Positions 20,386 through 34,100 of a stretch of DNA of 64,000 bases are shown piece after piece (within the stretch, counting starts at the first letter, position 1; each line of letters opens with the position of its first letter). Origin of the DNA: Somniosus microcephalus. Its lineage: Eukaryota. Made by a program: the position numbers and the translations under genes. The DNA is taken from assembly GCA_052327205.1 (NCBI GenBank), contig CM126228.1, positions 31,186,001 to 31,250,000 on the forward strand, written 5' to 3'. The notes under the pieces are model-generated. The model was not told where the DNA came from and did not search any database. It worked only from the letters and a program-made list of their open reading frames with translations.

Positions 20386-20814
20386 AAAGAATAGAGGATT
20401 TTCTTTCTGCATGGGCCTTATAAGCCACGCCTCTCCTATGAACTGAATGATATTTTACTTGAATTTTTTTTTGGGCAGGGCTGAAGTTGGGGATTTGCTT
20501 GACATGCAAAGAGAACCTCTCCTGTGTTGTCGCTTATCACTCCCATTATACATTCTATTTATGCTGATCATGTTTTGAGGTGAAGTAAAATCTTCTGGAA
20601 AGCATTTTTTAAAGACATTTTTTTCACCCTTTTGAGTAAACTTACCATCACAGGCATGAGACTCATGGATCTTGTTCCTCTGTTCCTCTTGTTCCACTGT
20701 GTTATAAATGTTTTAATTAAATTTGTACGATGGCTCACGGGAGGGGACAATTGTAGCTTGCACATGTCTGTATGTAGTGTATGTATCTAGTGTAGATACC
20801 TATAACTTATTGGA

Positions 20815-20905
20815 TTTTTTTTCTTTTAATACTCCTGTGCAGCACCTTGGGGCGTTTTACTACGTTAAAGGCGCTATATAAATACAAGTTGTTGTTGTTG
20901 TTGTA
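20815..20905 (+). mobile_element. L2 LINE extreme 3' end
   Basis: aatactcctgtgcagcaccttggggcgttttactacgttaaaggcgctatataaatacaag(ttg)n, almost identical to 25608-25685. Confidence 0.75.
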
Positions 20906-22721
20906 TTATAATTTCTGATTTCTCACCACTTATGCAACAATGGTAATGTTGTGGAGCCAGATCCGTGCTCTATAGGATTTCTTGCATCACAAATTGAGTG
21001 ATTGACCTTCCCTGAGACTCCTGAAATCGAGCACAAGAAAACCTATGCAATCTCTGAGTAAGTTTGAAAGTTGAAGTCAAATTGCAATCTGGAAAGCATA
21101 TGGGAAAAGATTGTGAGCTGTAGTGAACCCTGTAAAAAAAAAAATGGAATGAATAAACATTTTAAATGAATTTATTCTTCGGGGAGAAAAAAGAAATAGC
21201 TAACATTGCAACATAATACAAATATAACACCACCATTAAGAACAGTCATAGAAACATGATGCAAATATGCTACATCCCTGCAATCGGTTGAATTGTTGGC
21301 CATTAAATTCTTTTGCAACAGCTGTATAATACCCTCCACCTTGTCAGACCTGGAGTGGGATTTATCAGTAACTTCAGCAAACAAAGGACAGCGTCACTGA
21401 ACAAGGCACCTGAACCCATCCACAAAACCCCTTCAACTACAGGTGTTGTTTAAACATTGCAACAGTAAATACATATAATTACTAATGATCCTCAAATTTC
21501 TGGTTATAAATTTTATTTTTAAAACTGTTCTTCGACGTGAGTGAATTGATGGTTTAAAAAGGGCACTAGTTTCCTTGCCTAACCCTAACCCTTTCCAGTA
21601 TAATAGACCTGCTTTCATACCAGTAAACATAAAAAATTTAATCGGTTCATAAGCTCATCTCCATGTGTTCTGAAATCGTGTGCCAAATCTTATTGCAGAG
21701 ATTGTTATACATTCTAACACTCTGTTTTCATGCATTTGTGCTCATCAATGTGAGGATTGACAATGTTGCAGAAATGAAAATGTTTTCACTTTGCACCTGG
21801 TAACAGCATCCAGCACAGCCAAGAAAGGTATAGAATGAACTAAATGCAATTAGCAGCTCTTTCTGTATTGTTATGACAGTGCACTTAGATCTCACAAACA
21901 CACGCACACACTCAGCATTAACATGCCTTTTCCATCTCCCACATTATTTGTCCTCATGGCCTCTCTAATTACCAAGTTGAAGCAGTTGTGTCAGATCTGA
22001 GAACCAGTTTGGGCTGCGGACTTGCAGCCAGTTCATGTAGATTGATACTGACCAAAGTCATTTCACGTAGGACTCCAAGAGAAAGGAGACATTCATCCTT
22101 TCTGACTAGGATCAATTTGAGGTTAAAGGACATGTTTCGACTCGCAACCTTCATATTTAAGTTTTACTAAGAAATATAATTTAACTGGCGCTCTAGTAAT
22201 TGCACCTTTTTCTCAAAGTATCACAGTTATCACACAGGCCTAGTTTTAGGTAGAACTTAAATACTGTTAGAAGCTAATGCTTTGTTTCCCTTTTCCAGGC
22301 CGTTCTAAATTTAGGGATGATTTACTGAATTCTGACTTTGCTGGTCTCTGTCCTCAGACCTTGGACTGTTTTGTGACTATAACCACAGATCAAGGGAAGG
22401 AATGTGTAAACAAGAAACTTTAACATTCCATGTGTTTAATTGATCCCAAATGCTGTTTGACATTGACTACTGGCACATGCATTTTTCTTTTCCATGTATT
22501 TATTTGTGCTTCTTGATCAACTTTTCAAATCGCATTTACAGAATCCTGCGTTGCTTGGTGTTACCCAGCCGTCTGTCCAAAAATGTTTTAGAAACAAAAA
22601 AATAACACCAGCACATTTGTTTTGCTGTTCTTATTGCTGGATTAAAATTTTCCCCATCAACTTAATAGCTCAACCACAGACATACGAAGGCATAGAGACA
22701 TGCTGGGTTGCCAACCCTGGT

Positions 22722-22785
22722 TCATAGAAACATAGAAGATAGGAGCAGGAGTAGGCCATTCGGCCCTGCTCCACCATTCAACAAG
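22722..22785 (-). mobile_element. CR1 LINE extreme 3' tail
   Basis: catagaaacatagaagataggagcaggagtaggccattcggcc is the reverse complement of a CR1 tail like that at 14095-14140. Confidence 0.7.
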
Positions 22786-23125
22786 ATCACAGAATCACAC
22801 AGTGCAGATAGAGGCCATTTCGGCCCATCGAGCCTGCACCGACACATATCCCACCCGATCCCCATAACCCCTACACCAACACATATCCCACCCTATCCCC
22901 ACGTATTTAATCCCCCTAACACTAAGGGTCAATTTATCATGGCCAATCAACCTAACCTGCACATCTTTGGACTGTGGGAGGAAACCGGAGCACCCGGAGA
23001 AAACCCACGCAAACACAGGGAGAATGTGCAAACTCCACACAGACAGTCGCCCGAGGCCAGATTTGAACCCGGGTTCCTGGCGCTGTGAGGCAACAGTGCT
23101 AACCACTATGCCACCGGGCTGCCCA
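22786..23125 (-). mobile_element. HE1/V-SINE-like tRNA SINE, second copy
   Basis: Nearly identical to 12361-12714 and retains its 5' end (gggcagcccggtggcatagtgg on the minus strand). Confidence 0.85.
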
Positions 23126-25337
23126 TGCTGTTTGACATATTCTTGAAGGTTGCATCATATGAACTCCTGCCTGCAACCGCCCCACCCAGTTAAACAGCCT
23201 TTTTAAAAATCCTTCTCCAATATTTTTATAATGAATAAATGAAAGTGGAAAATACACACATTTTTCAAACACCTCTATGATTTTTCTCCCTGGTTGCTCG
23301 CAGCAGTGTCATGGAGATGAATATTTAATTCCTGGAGACTCCAAGGCAATCCAGGAGGGTTGGCAACCCTAGAGACCTGAAAGGTCCAGAGAACTTACTT
23401 GCTTCGATTTAAAACAGCAATAATAAACACTTGAAAAATTCCAAGTAATGTTAGTCTAAAGCAAAATCTGCAGAATATCTAATGAATTCATTTTCTGGTT
23501 TAAGATAAGTGCAAGAGGTATCATTTACTTATACATATTCTGGCATAATCATACTCATAATTTGCATGAAATATTGATTATTTTGTACACTGTAATGCTG
23601 GCTGCAATCTATGGCTTTTCAGAAACTTGACTGGTAGTACTAACAGGCATAAATTCTAGATTGGTTGCCACCAGTGGCCACTGTTTCTGTATCCCTGAAG
23701 TCCTCATTATAATGAAGCTACTTCAACTTAGATCCATCTACAAGCTGAAACAATCTTTCATCTCTTTGAATACTTGTGAAAATATTTATATTTCCTGATA
23801 ACTTTCATTGTGTCCAGTGTTCTGTGATTGAACTTGGGGAAAAAATTAAACCCAGAGACAAATACATTCTTATATCATTAAAAAAAATTGGCAATTAGTG
23901 CTATAAAACAACCCTTTTATCATAAATAAAGATTTATGTTTAATCTGAACCAAATGGGGCATTTCTAACCTAACAGAGTCTGTGATCTGCACATTGAGTG
24001 CTATGATATATAGTTAAGAACTAAGGAAACCACAAATGATTTAGTTGTGGCTTAAAACATATTATCTAAACCATTTTGTCCATTATAGTTATGAAGACAA
24101 ATTCCCTTTACCAGTAGGAATTCAGGTCATGAGTTCCCATCTGTATACATTCATGGAACTTTAACAGTTGCGCTATAATGCAGGGAAGTAAAATCATTGC
24201 TGCGTCAAAATGACAGATTCTAAAAAAGACACCTTACAACTAACAGCAAAAAAATGCGCAATTTGAAATATTGTGAATGAAATAGCACTACAACTCAAAG
24301 CTACTTGCAGGGAGGAACATCCATAGAATGCATGTTTATCTGCCTTTACCACATATGAATTATGATTTCTGTAAAGGTTTACGATAATGATGTGATTTCA
24401 CATTAATTTCTAATACACAGGGTTGTTGCTGGCTAGCTAGGAGACTGGAGAACTTATTCCCGTGGCTTCCAATTTTCTGCGACAGTGAGCATGGAACAAA
24501 AAGTCATATTTATTATGCTTGTAGTTTTATCCTATTATGTTTCTAGCTTTGTGTGATACTTTAACTTCACCCCTTGCCCTGATTAGTTCTTCACTTTTAT
24601 GGGTCTTGCTGCGAACTAAAAATGTGACCATTTTGAAAATGCAAGGTACTGGAAACCTGTTAACATCCTGCTAAGTCTTTGTTAACTAAATATTTTGATT
24701 GCAGTTTCACAATACAGTATCTATCCAACATAGCTTGAAAGTTCTAAGCTACAAAGGAATCCAGTGTTCATAATGCGAAAGAACTGCAGGAGGTTTAAAT
24801 AAGCCAGCATCTAATACCCTTAAACAATCAAATTAGTTTGTTTGTGTTAGAACTCAAATTGTCTGGAACATTTGCCAAACAAACCCTTCAGACTCAATAT
24901 ATTATTGCATTGTTTTTCAGAAATATCTCAGTCGTGTAGACAATTGCATATGAAAATTTAATTGCTTAAAGGCATGATGGTTAACTGATGTTTATTCTCT
25001 ATCTTTACTGTTTGAAGACTGCAGCAGTAATCTGACAACCTAAAAAAGGAATACTGTAAATAATGCCTTGTGCTTTCTTTTCTCTGGCAGTTTTCTGTGA
25101 CTATTCTTAATGTGGCAATGTAGATTTTAACATTCAATGATAACTTGCTACCTACAGTATATGGAAGTATTGTAAGGTTAAGTGTGGTGGAATTGATGAT
25201 TTTTAATTGTAAGTACTAATTGTCATCTGATGTTGATAAGAAAATAATCCTAATTTTTCTTCATGATAAGGGACGGGCTGTATTTTGTTTGTTTATTTGT
25301 ATTAATCTATTTCTCTTTTTTTTAACTTATGGTAGAT

Positions 25338-25685
25338 TCTGTAATCTCCTTCAGCCCCACAACCCCCCAAGATATCTGCGCTCCTCTAATTCTGCCCTCC
25401 TGAGCATCCCTGATTATAATCGCTCAACCTTTGGTGGCCGTGCCTTCTGTTGCCTAGGCTCTGGAATTCCCTGCCTAAACCTCTCCACCTCACTACTTCT
25501 CTTTCCTCCTTTAAGATGCTCCTTAAAACCTACCTCTTTGACCAAGCTTTTGGTCACCTGCCCTAATGTATCCTTATGTGGCTCAGTGTCAATTTTTTTT
25601 TCTTACAATACTCCTGTGCAGCGCCTTGGGACGTTTTACTACGTTAAAGGCGCTATATAAATACAAGTTGTTGTTGTTGTTGTTG
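25338..25685 (+). mobile_element. L2 LINE 3' fragment
   Basis: CNLLQPHNPPRYLRSSNSALLSIPDYNRSTFGGRAFCCLG; tail ggcgctatataaatacaag(ttg)n. Confidence 0.85.
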
Positions 25686-26249
25686 ATTGTTCTGAGTCAT
25701 TCTGAAGCCTGAGAGAGATTTTTGTTGTGATATGTGTTTTGCAGTTCTGGATCTATTCTGTATACTTGGCATTTGCAATTAAAATATAGCAAAAGCTGTT
25801 TGAATTATTATCATTCAGTCAAAAGGGACCTTTTATTTTGCAATCACATCAAACTTGACTAAGAACTGTTACTATTCACAGTTGAAGAAAAAAGTTTTTT
25901 TTTCTTCTGTCAAGCACCATCTTACTGAACCCATGTGAACCTGGCATTGATCAAGTGTGTGCTGGTCTAGGCTGAGATGCTGAAATGCAGCTGCAATCAT
26001 TTTTGATAATAAATCATGACTTCACTTATTACAAATAATCATTTCTATTGCAATGTTATTTTGAAAACTAATATTTAATATTTAGTCCTAATGCTAAAAT
26101 GTTCTTCTTTTCATTAGGAGGTTTGATCGTTAATAATAAATAATAATTTGGGGATGGAATTGAAATTGCATTGGACAATAACATTTCATTTGGTTTTAAA
26201 TCCAGCCCAGACTGATCAGATGAAAGTTCTGTTTATCATTTGCCTATCA

Positions 26250-26586
26250 ACTCCTCCCAGAACTCTGCATTCCTCCCAGAATTCTGCATTCCTCCAATTC
26301 TGGCCTCTTGTGCATCCCCAATTTCCCTCGCCCCACCATTGCTGGTCGTGCCTTCAGCTGTCTAGGCCCTAAGCTCTGTAATTCACTCCCTAAACCTTTC
26401 CGCCTCTCTACCTCTCCTCCTTTAAGTCGTTCCATGAAACCTACCTCTTTGACCAAGCTTTTGGTCACCTATCCTAATATGCCTATATGGCTCGGTGTCT
26501 AATTTTATCTGACAACCTTCCTCTGAAGCGCCTTGTGATGTTTTATACTTTAAAAGTACTATATTAATGCAAATTGTTATTGTTGT
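26250..26586 (+). mobile_element. L2 LINE 3' fragment
   Basis: PTIAGRAFSCLGPKLCNSLPKPFRLSTS; aaacctacctctttgaccaagcttttggtcacc shared with the 25338 copy. Confidence 0.8.
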
Positions 26587-27996
26587 AAAAATCCTATGTA
26601 AAAAGCATTTGAGCCGATTCCCAGTGGCCATGGACCCACAACACAAAACTGTCAAAATTTTGTACTATTGATATGAAGTTGCCAGCCTTGTTTAGAGAGG
26701 CCACAGGATGGATACTGTGGGAAGTGGGAAAATGTCACACTGGTGTAATTGGAAGTGCTCTTCTAACTTGGGATTGAGGCACTTGATTGGGAAGACTATA
26801 GGAAGCTTTATTCTCTATCTCAACGCATTGACCTGAAAGTGCTTGGTGCTGATGCTGGTCCCTGAAATGGAAAGTGTTCCAGGACCTAAAGCTTTGTGAT
26901 TCATGATCACAAAATAACTGGAGGATATGTTTTTGAACATTTTCCAGGGGCTTCTTTCTGAGGTCTTGCCCATGATGAATGTGATGGCCATTACAGTGGG
27001 CTGATGGACACTGTAAATGTCTAGGAGTCTGAAACAAGAAAAGGATTGGGACTGAGGTCAAAAGCATATGCAAAAACCAATATGTCTGTGACATGTCATT
27101 TGATGATTCCAAGATGTACAAAGAATACAAAATAAGATGAATGACATCAAAGACCATATGTTAAACAAACTGGGGGATAAAAAGAAGCCCCAGAAACATA
27201 TACTGGAGCATCTGGTAAAATGAACAAGCAGACCCAGCTGGATTGAAGTCAATGCTGAACATTCAAAATGTGTTTTGTGTTAAAAACCCCAAACATTTTC
27301 TTTGATATTTACTGTTTCTTTCTCCAATAGTGATGGCATCTATTTACATTCCAGAATATGCCAAGATATATACGAGGGTGTATTGAATTTCTCATTGTGT
27401 GTTCACTAAGGATTTAAACAGATTTTCACTGATCTATAGACAGAGATAGAAACTGGCTCAACTGATATGTAATAAAGCTAATTCTGTGTTTTATAGAACT
27501 ATTCAAGATAAATCATTTTTTGTTCGTTTATATTGAACAGCCAAGTCAGATGGGTTTCTGAATAGCATTTGAAATGCTGAAAATATACTTTGCATAAGAA
27601 ATCTCAGTAGAAATGAGGTGTGCTTAAACTATAATTTTAATTACTGATTATACCATGAGCGAGGATGTTTCTTCAGTGAAATATCAACTGATATCTCTTC
27701 ACTTAGCTTTGTTCCTAATGGAATTCTGGCAGAAACACTCATGAAGAGCAGGCTGATTACTGATGGGCTGGTCTTCATGAGTGTTCAGAGCTGCAAAGCG
27801 TAAGATGTGCAACTTAAATCAAAGTGTTAGAATATTATGATCAGCAGCCACGTAGAATAGACTTTGTTCTCAAAACATGCTACTGGTCTCGGGCTCTATT
27901 GTACTGTCCAAATATTACACAATAGAGCTCAGGATCTTTCAATTTGGTTAAGAGCCGTGTTGTTCTCCATAGCCAGTGTTCACAACACTGATCATT

Positions 27997-28187
27997 TTAT
28001 ATATGTAATATATATATATATATATATATAGTGTATGTATAAGTGTGTGTATATATATATATATCTATAGGTATATATATATTATATGCGTATCTTTGTG
28101 TGTATGTATCTATATATGTGCATGTATATATTTATATGTATGTATGTATAAATGTATGTATATATAATATATATATGCATATTTATA
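27997..28187. repeat. (TA)n / (TATG)n compound microsatellite
   Basis: About 190 bp of alternating TA/TG dinucleotides. Confidence 0.9.
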
Positions 28188-31100
28188 TTTTGTTGGGAAG
28201 CATTACCCATGCAATTCACTCAACTTTAATCATGGGTTCTGATTATATATAACGTGTTATTTCACATTTTGCTTTTACATAACCTGTACATATACTTTAG
28301 CTACAAAGGATTATTGTTGAAATGGAAACATTACCTTCTTTGCAGGAGGTGCTGCACTATCCACTATTTTCAAAGCTCATGGAAAACATTATTGCAAGCT
28401 ATTAGACATAAGGATGCAGCTTTGCAAGTAATATAAGTATTTCAGAATTCATGCTTTTTACTTCGCTAAATAAAATGAATATTTGACTATAAGTTAAACA
28501 ATCATCCCCCTCATTGTATGCTAATTGTAAACAAATCTGTTATTTCACACACTAATGCATATGGGAAATTCAGTTGGAAAGTTAACTGTCATAGGTTTTG
28601 CAGATGTATGCACTGAGATATGGCCAGGGAGCATTGGGTTTGTAGTTTGGTCTATGACTATGGACATGTTAAACCAGTTTAAATTCAGTATTGCTATAAC
28701 AGTTACTATGGTTAAGCACGTGCCTTTCAAATGTAAAAAAGGATTGGATAATAATTAGACTACCCCATGAGTGAAATTTCCTAACTGAAGTTCGACAATT
28801 TAAGAGGAGAACATATTGAATCTTCTGCCTCTAGTGACAAATTGACATTGCCCCCACCTTGCCTAGATAAAAGTGGAAAGGAACTTTCACAGGGGCGATA
28901 TCCTCTAATGTTTTATGTAAGAAAATGGGTCAGTTTATGGAGTATGACCAGTTTCATTACTGTATCCATATTGACTCAGGTTGGTCAGAGAGTCTGAGAT
29001 GGGACAGGAAGTCGATGGTTAGAATGGTGGAAACACGTTGTGTAGTTTCGGAAATAATCAGACTACCGTCAGATTTGATTAAATAGGTGAAAAACTGTGG
29101 GTTTGCTAGGAAAATACAGCTGACATTTTAACCAGCCGTTGTGCAGTTTAGAATGGCTAATCTTCTTCAGGGTATCGGGCGCACAATCCTGAAAAGAAAT
29201 AAAGAAATGTGATTAGTTTGAAAGCCCAGTGTTTATTTTATAGTAGATTCCATCATCTCACAATGTTATGGTTCATTATAGGATAATTGTGAAGATAAAT
29301 TTATCTTTATTACAATAAAGCGCCACAAAACTCACGTGGGACACCTTTCCTGGATTTATATGCCTCCTTTTAGGCACCCTCATAGATCTAAGTCTGGAGC
29401 TTGCATTGCACCTGCTACAGGGATATATGTGTAAAAACGTGACTGAGGGATTCATAATTGGAATTCAGCAATTTAGCAGCACATTTTACAGTTTGCAGCC
29501 AATGCATTTACATTTGTTATTCGTAGGTATTTATTTTAAATGTGTTATAAATTGGCAGAAGATTGCCTTAATAAAATTTACTATAATGCGTTTTCCTCCA
29601 CCCAAATATAACAATGGTTTGAAATCTCTCATTTTTTAACAAAAGGTTGTTATTTTATATGCTTCTGGTAACACGTTACATTTTTCATTTCAAATGAGGA
29701 TAGAGTACACTGTGGGTTAAAGGAGTTGGTCGAATACTGCTCACTGTAAAGGAAGCCTGCCCTATAAAGGATACCTTGCCAACTTTTAATATTTTAATAA
29801 CATTCCTCACTCTTATCAAATGCATTCGCTTCTTTCCAGCGTCGGTCATAATAGTCACGAATGTTACAGCTAATTGGCAGAGAAAAAGATGCATGTTCCA
29901 GGTTTAAATGAGACATAGTCAAAATGATATTTGAATCAACATATTTGGAAAAAAAAACTGCATTCAATGTCCAATTCGCAATGAAGTCCCAGATTTGTGT
30001 ATAATGAATACGAGTACTGTTAAGTAATCCTTCTCTGCTATATAGTATTTTGTGCCAAAGTCACAGCAATACAAATTACATTTATTCAAGGTTTTCTATC
30101 AAGAAATAAAGCTCCATATTCACACAGGCTATCATCTTTCCTATTTTAATCACTATTCCAAACAGATGAGATACAATTTCTTCTCCGTGTGCACAATCGG
30201 AATATGTAAAAAGGCGCAAAAAATGTTTTGAGGTGAAATCATGTGTTAAATGCAACTGTAGTTTAACTTTGCGTGCTGTTTTTTCTAGTCTATTCACTTG
30301 CTAAATCAACAGTTATGGAGTTTGATTCGAAGTTGGAGGGCAGAACAAACGGGATCTTAAAGCAGCAGTTTCTAACAGATTCTCAAATGCACATCACTGC
30401 CTGTCAGCGAATCAATGCTAAATTCACTACACAACTACATGAAAGGAACGTTCCTTTTTCTCTCCCCAAGTCATACATTCGCCAACTGACTTACGCCTGC
30501 AGCGCCCCCACCTCCCCGACACCCCCCCACTTTAAATTTCACACGGCGATCTCTGGTCATTCTAATTGTCTTGCAATGTCAAAATGCTCGAAGTACAGGA
30601 AATTTGATCGGGACCTGAACTGCAAATTCTGAGACAGGTACCCTGGTGAACGGCTGTGATGGAGTGGCTCTGGGTAAGGTGACAGCTACTTTTGTGAAAG
30701 CATCGATTCTCACAATGCATATGCAAAGTTATTATTCTATTACACACTTTACCGCCGGCCTTTATTGTGGTCCCTAAACTCTTGGCATGAAGGATATGTT
30801 ATACTTTCTCCTTACAGCTATTTCCATCACTGGAGAAGGAGGTAGTTAAATAGTACACACATTTCTGTCGGCTGCTATTGATCATAAATCAGCGATTTGA
30901 ATAATGCTCGCTTAGAATTAAAGGGTAAGCATAATATTTCAAAGAAAGCAACGTAGGAAGGGGGAGGCAGTTTATCCATTAGACATAAATGCAAGGTTTG
31001 CCCGAAAAAAAGTCAAAAGTAGCTACATTTGAAACATATATGTTTTAATTATCTTACGAAGCTGATTCGTGCACAACATAATTTCAGATTTTTGGAGAGA

Positions 31101-34100
31101 GAGAAAATACTAATTAAATCTAGTATCCGAGGACTGGAGATGTTTGATAACTAAAATCTTCATCAGCAATTTATCTTCCTGGAGCATAAATTTACTGCAA
31201 AGCTGTGCTTTCATAGCTCTGACGAGTCCTATTAATCTTCTTCACCAAGTTTTCGATAGGAGTCTACAGCTATTTGTGTCATGTGATCTGCTAACATCTA
31301 AATTGTCATCTAGAAGGGCAGAAGGGAACTTGCAGGCTAGGCTACTCCGCCTGCACAGTTCCAGTGAGAGCATAAATAAAATCGAATACCAAAACCTATT
31401 TAATTTCCAATTGATCAATACTTTCATATCTCCCACGGAAATGTTTTGTGTAATATAAATGCCAATCAAAGGGGAGGGGTCTCTTCAGACTAGGCCACAC
31501 GATATGCACAGCAGTATAGAAAATACATCAGCAAAACGTTTCTATATGCGTTATGGAGCCGTGTTGGTCAGTTGTTCCTGCGTTGAGGAACAACAATAAT
31601 AAAAGCTCATTAACTGCAATAATTAGGAAGAAACCAGATTTCAGCAAGTAATTGTTGCAATGGGATCAAGTTATCAAGTTACATGCATTAGGGTAGGGTG
31701 GGGGCAGGGGGGGGTGCTTGCTAATCGCCAGTCATGTACATTTGGACCATTATCTTTTAAAAAACAAAATTGGGGCTTGATAAAAAAAATTGGGCGCATC
31801 ATAATATTGTCCCGGTTGCTCATACTGTGTAATGATATGTCTATAATCCCCTCTGGTTAAATACTTCTTCCAAAATATTTTGCATATAAAATGTATATAC
31901 AAAACTTTGAAATGGCTGATTTTGGATTTGGCATTTTAATAGTGTTAGGAAAAGGTGGTATACAAAAACTGTTTTGTGGTGAATTATAAACAAGCACCCA
32001 TAGACATAATAAATGTGATTGTAAAGTTCTGATCAGATAGCTTGCAGTCATTTTAAGGAGATAGAAAATCACTGTGTAACCCTATTGCAATGTCAAGCCA
32101 CGGCAGAGTCACACTTATCTCTTACTATTATCACCCTTACAAACTACATCTACTTTGGTTGTAAAGAGGAGAGGGAAGGGGAAAGGAAGAGATAGAAAAA
32201 TGCTGGCGTTCTGCCTAAAGAGAAATCATTGAAACAAATTAATCCTTCGCCGGTTAAATTGACATGGCAATCCATCATCGCAGAGCCTGCCTCTGAAAGC
32301 AATCTACTGGCTGCATGTTCTCAGATTGGCCCTGGGGGCACAAGACAGATAGAGAAGGGGGAAGAGGAAAAAAAGCGAGTGTAACCTGCACCTTTAAATG
32401 AACAACAAAGTGTTTATGGGAGAAATGTGAAAAACAATAAAAGAAACGCAAAAGTTAAAGCATCATCCAAGTCGGTGATTAATGAAAGTTAAAACGAGTA
32501 CTGATCTGACTTCAGGGAGAAAGACAAGGCAGACAGCAGGTGAAATCGGGCACTGCATGCTCCCTACACCTTGAATAAACAATATGGTACTTTGCTTAAA
32601 AAAAGAGACTGCCCCAGAGCCGTCAATTATTAGTAAACCTGAATTAAAAGTAAGAGGCTGGCGTATCTATTCATCTTTAACATATAGCAAAATAAGCACG
32701 GTTTACTCATATTTCAATACAATACTTAGTTATCATAAACATGAATTGGAACGAGTTGCAAACAAGAGGACAAACTCCTACTGATTGACTAGTAAATAGG
32801 AGGGGAAAGTGATGCCAAGCTAATGCCGCATTCTGTATTACGGCGGTCTTGTTGAGAATGGAGAGGTGGGGAGAGTGAGAGAGAGAGAGAGAGACTGATA
32901 ATTTGCTGTAATACTTTATTGAGATTTAAACCCTCCTTTAGAGCAAACTTGCGTTTAGGAAAAGTTGCGTGAGGGAACGCCGAAATCAAGAGATGTGGGA
33001 AGTTGTGTGGTGGAAGGCTATCCGGGGACGCGAGTGAAACCTTTAACATTATATTAGAGGGAAGGATGCAGAACCCTGGCGATTCCCCAATAATTAAAGC
33101 GGACAGTGACAAATTGGTTTACATCGGTAACACAAATCGTGTCTGCAGCAGTTTGGAAGCAACTAGGAAAGTTTTTAAAAAAAAGGGATTTTCGTAGTAG
33201 TTTAAAAAAAAGTTTATTTCATTGATTCTCGCAACTCTAACTAAATATGCGTGTTGTCATTATCGAGACAGGAGCAGCCTGGACACACATCCACTACACA
33301 AATACCTTTATTAAATTCTATTTGCTCTCCTCTTCTAACCCTAGACTCAGTCCTCCCAATATCCATCACTTTGTTAACCAAACTTTTACTTTTTTTTCCC
33401 GCCGCAAATCATCTTTCTGACACCCCCTGTTGACAGCTGGTGTTTACTGTTTGTTTCTTGTGGCTGTGGGTATCGATCACTTTTCCTTGCTACCCTTTCA
33501 ACATCATTTATGGTGCAGCGTACATGAATGCAAAGTGCGTCGCAAGTTTGATCGGGTTAAAAAAAGCGTTCAAAATGGACTTGAGTTAAAAAAATCTATA
33601 CCTGTTACCAATTGTCGTGTATGTTGGGGGAAGCAGGTCGCAACATGTGCGGATTCTAACTTTTAATCTATGTATGCATGTGCAATCAGGGAAAGACAAG
33701 GGGACTTTCTTGAAAAGGCAATGATTACTAAAATAATGCAGCTAAAACATCAACAACTTTAATAACGAGGGATCTCACAAGAACTCAAGCACGATAAACC
33801 TAAACTATTACTGAAATCCTAATAGCCCCGATCTGTCTCCAGTTTAAAACTTGCCTTGTCATTTAATCCTATATGTTCTGATATCTTCGCATTACACCAT
33901 ACCTCCGAGAAGTTTAGCACAGGGGAACAATTCTGATTCTCTACTATGAAGCCAATGAAACATCAGTCAGTTTCTAACAGCATTCTCGACTGCTCTAAAT
34001 CTTGCCGCCTAGCCTTCAAACTCGATCAGATTTTTCTTTTCTTTACGTGTTCATTAGCCTGGTTAACCTTTGCTATATCTTGGGCCGGTACGGGTTAATC

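Larger units (their letters stand above)
22705..23369. mobile_element. TIR-bounded non-autonomous DNA element (MITE-like) carrying nested retroelements
   Basis: GGGTTGCCAACCCT at 22705-22718 and its exact reverse complement AGGGTTGGCAACCC at 23356-23369. Superfamily not assigned and no clear TSD. Confidence 0.65.
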
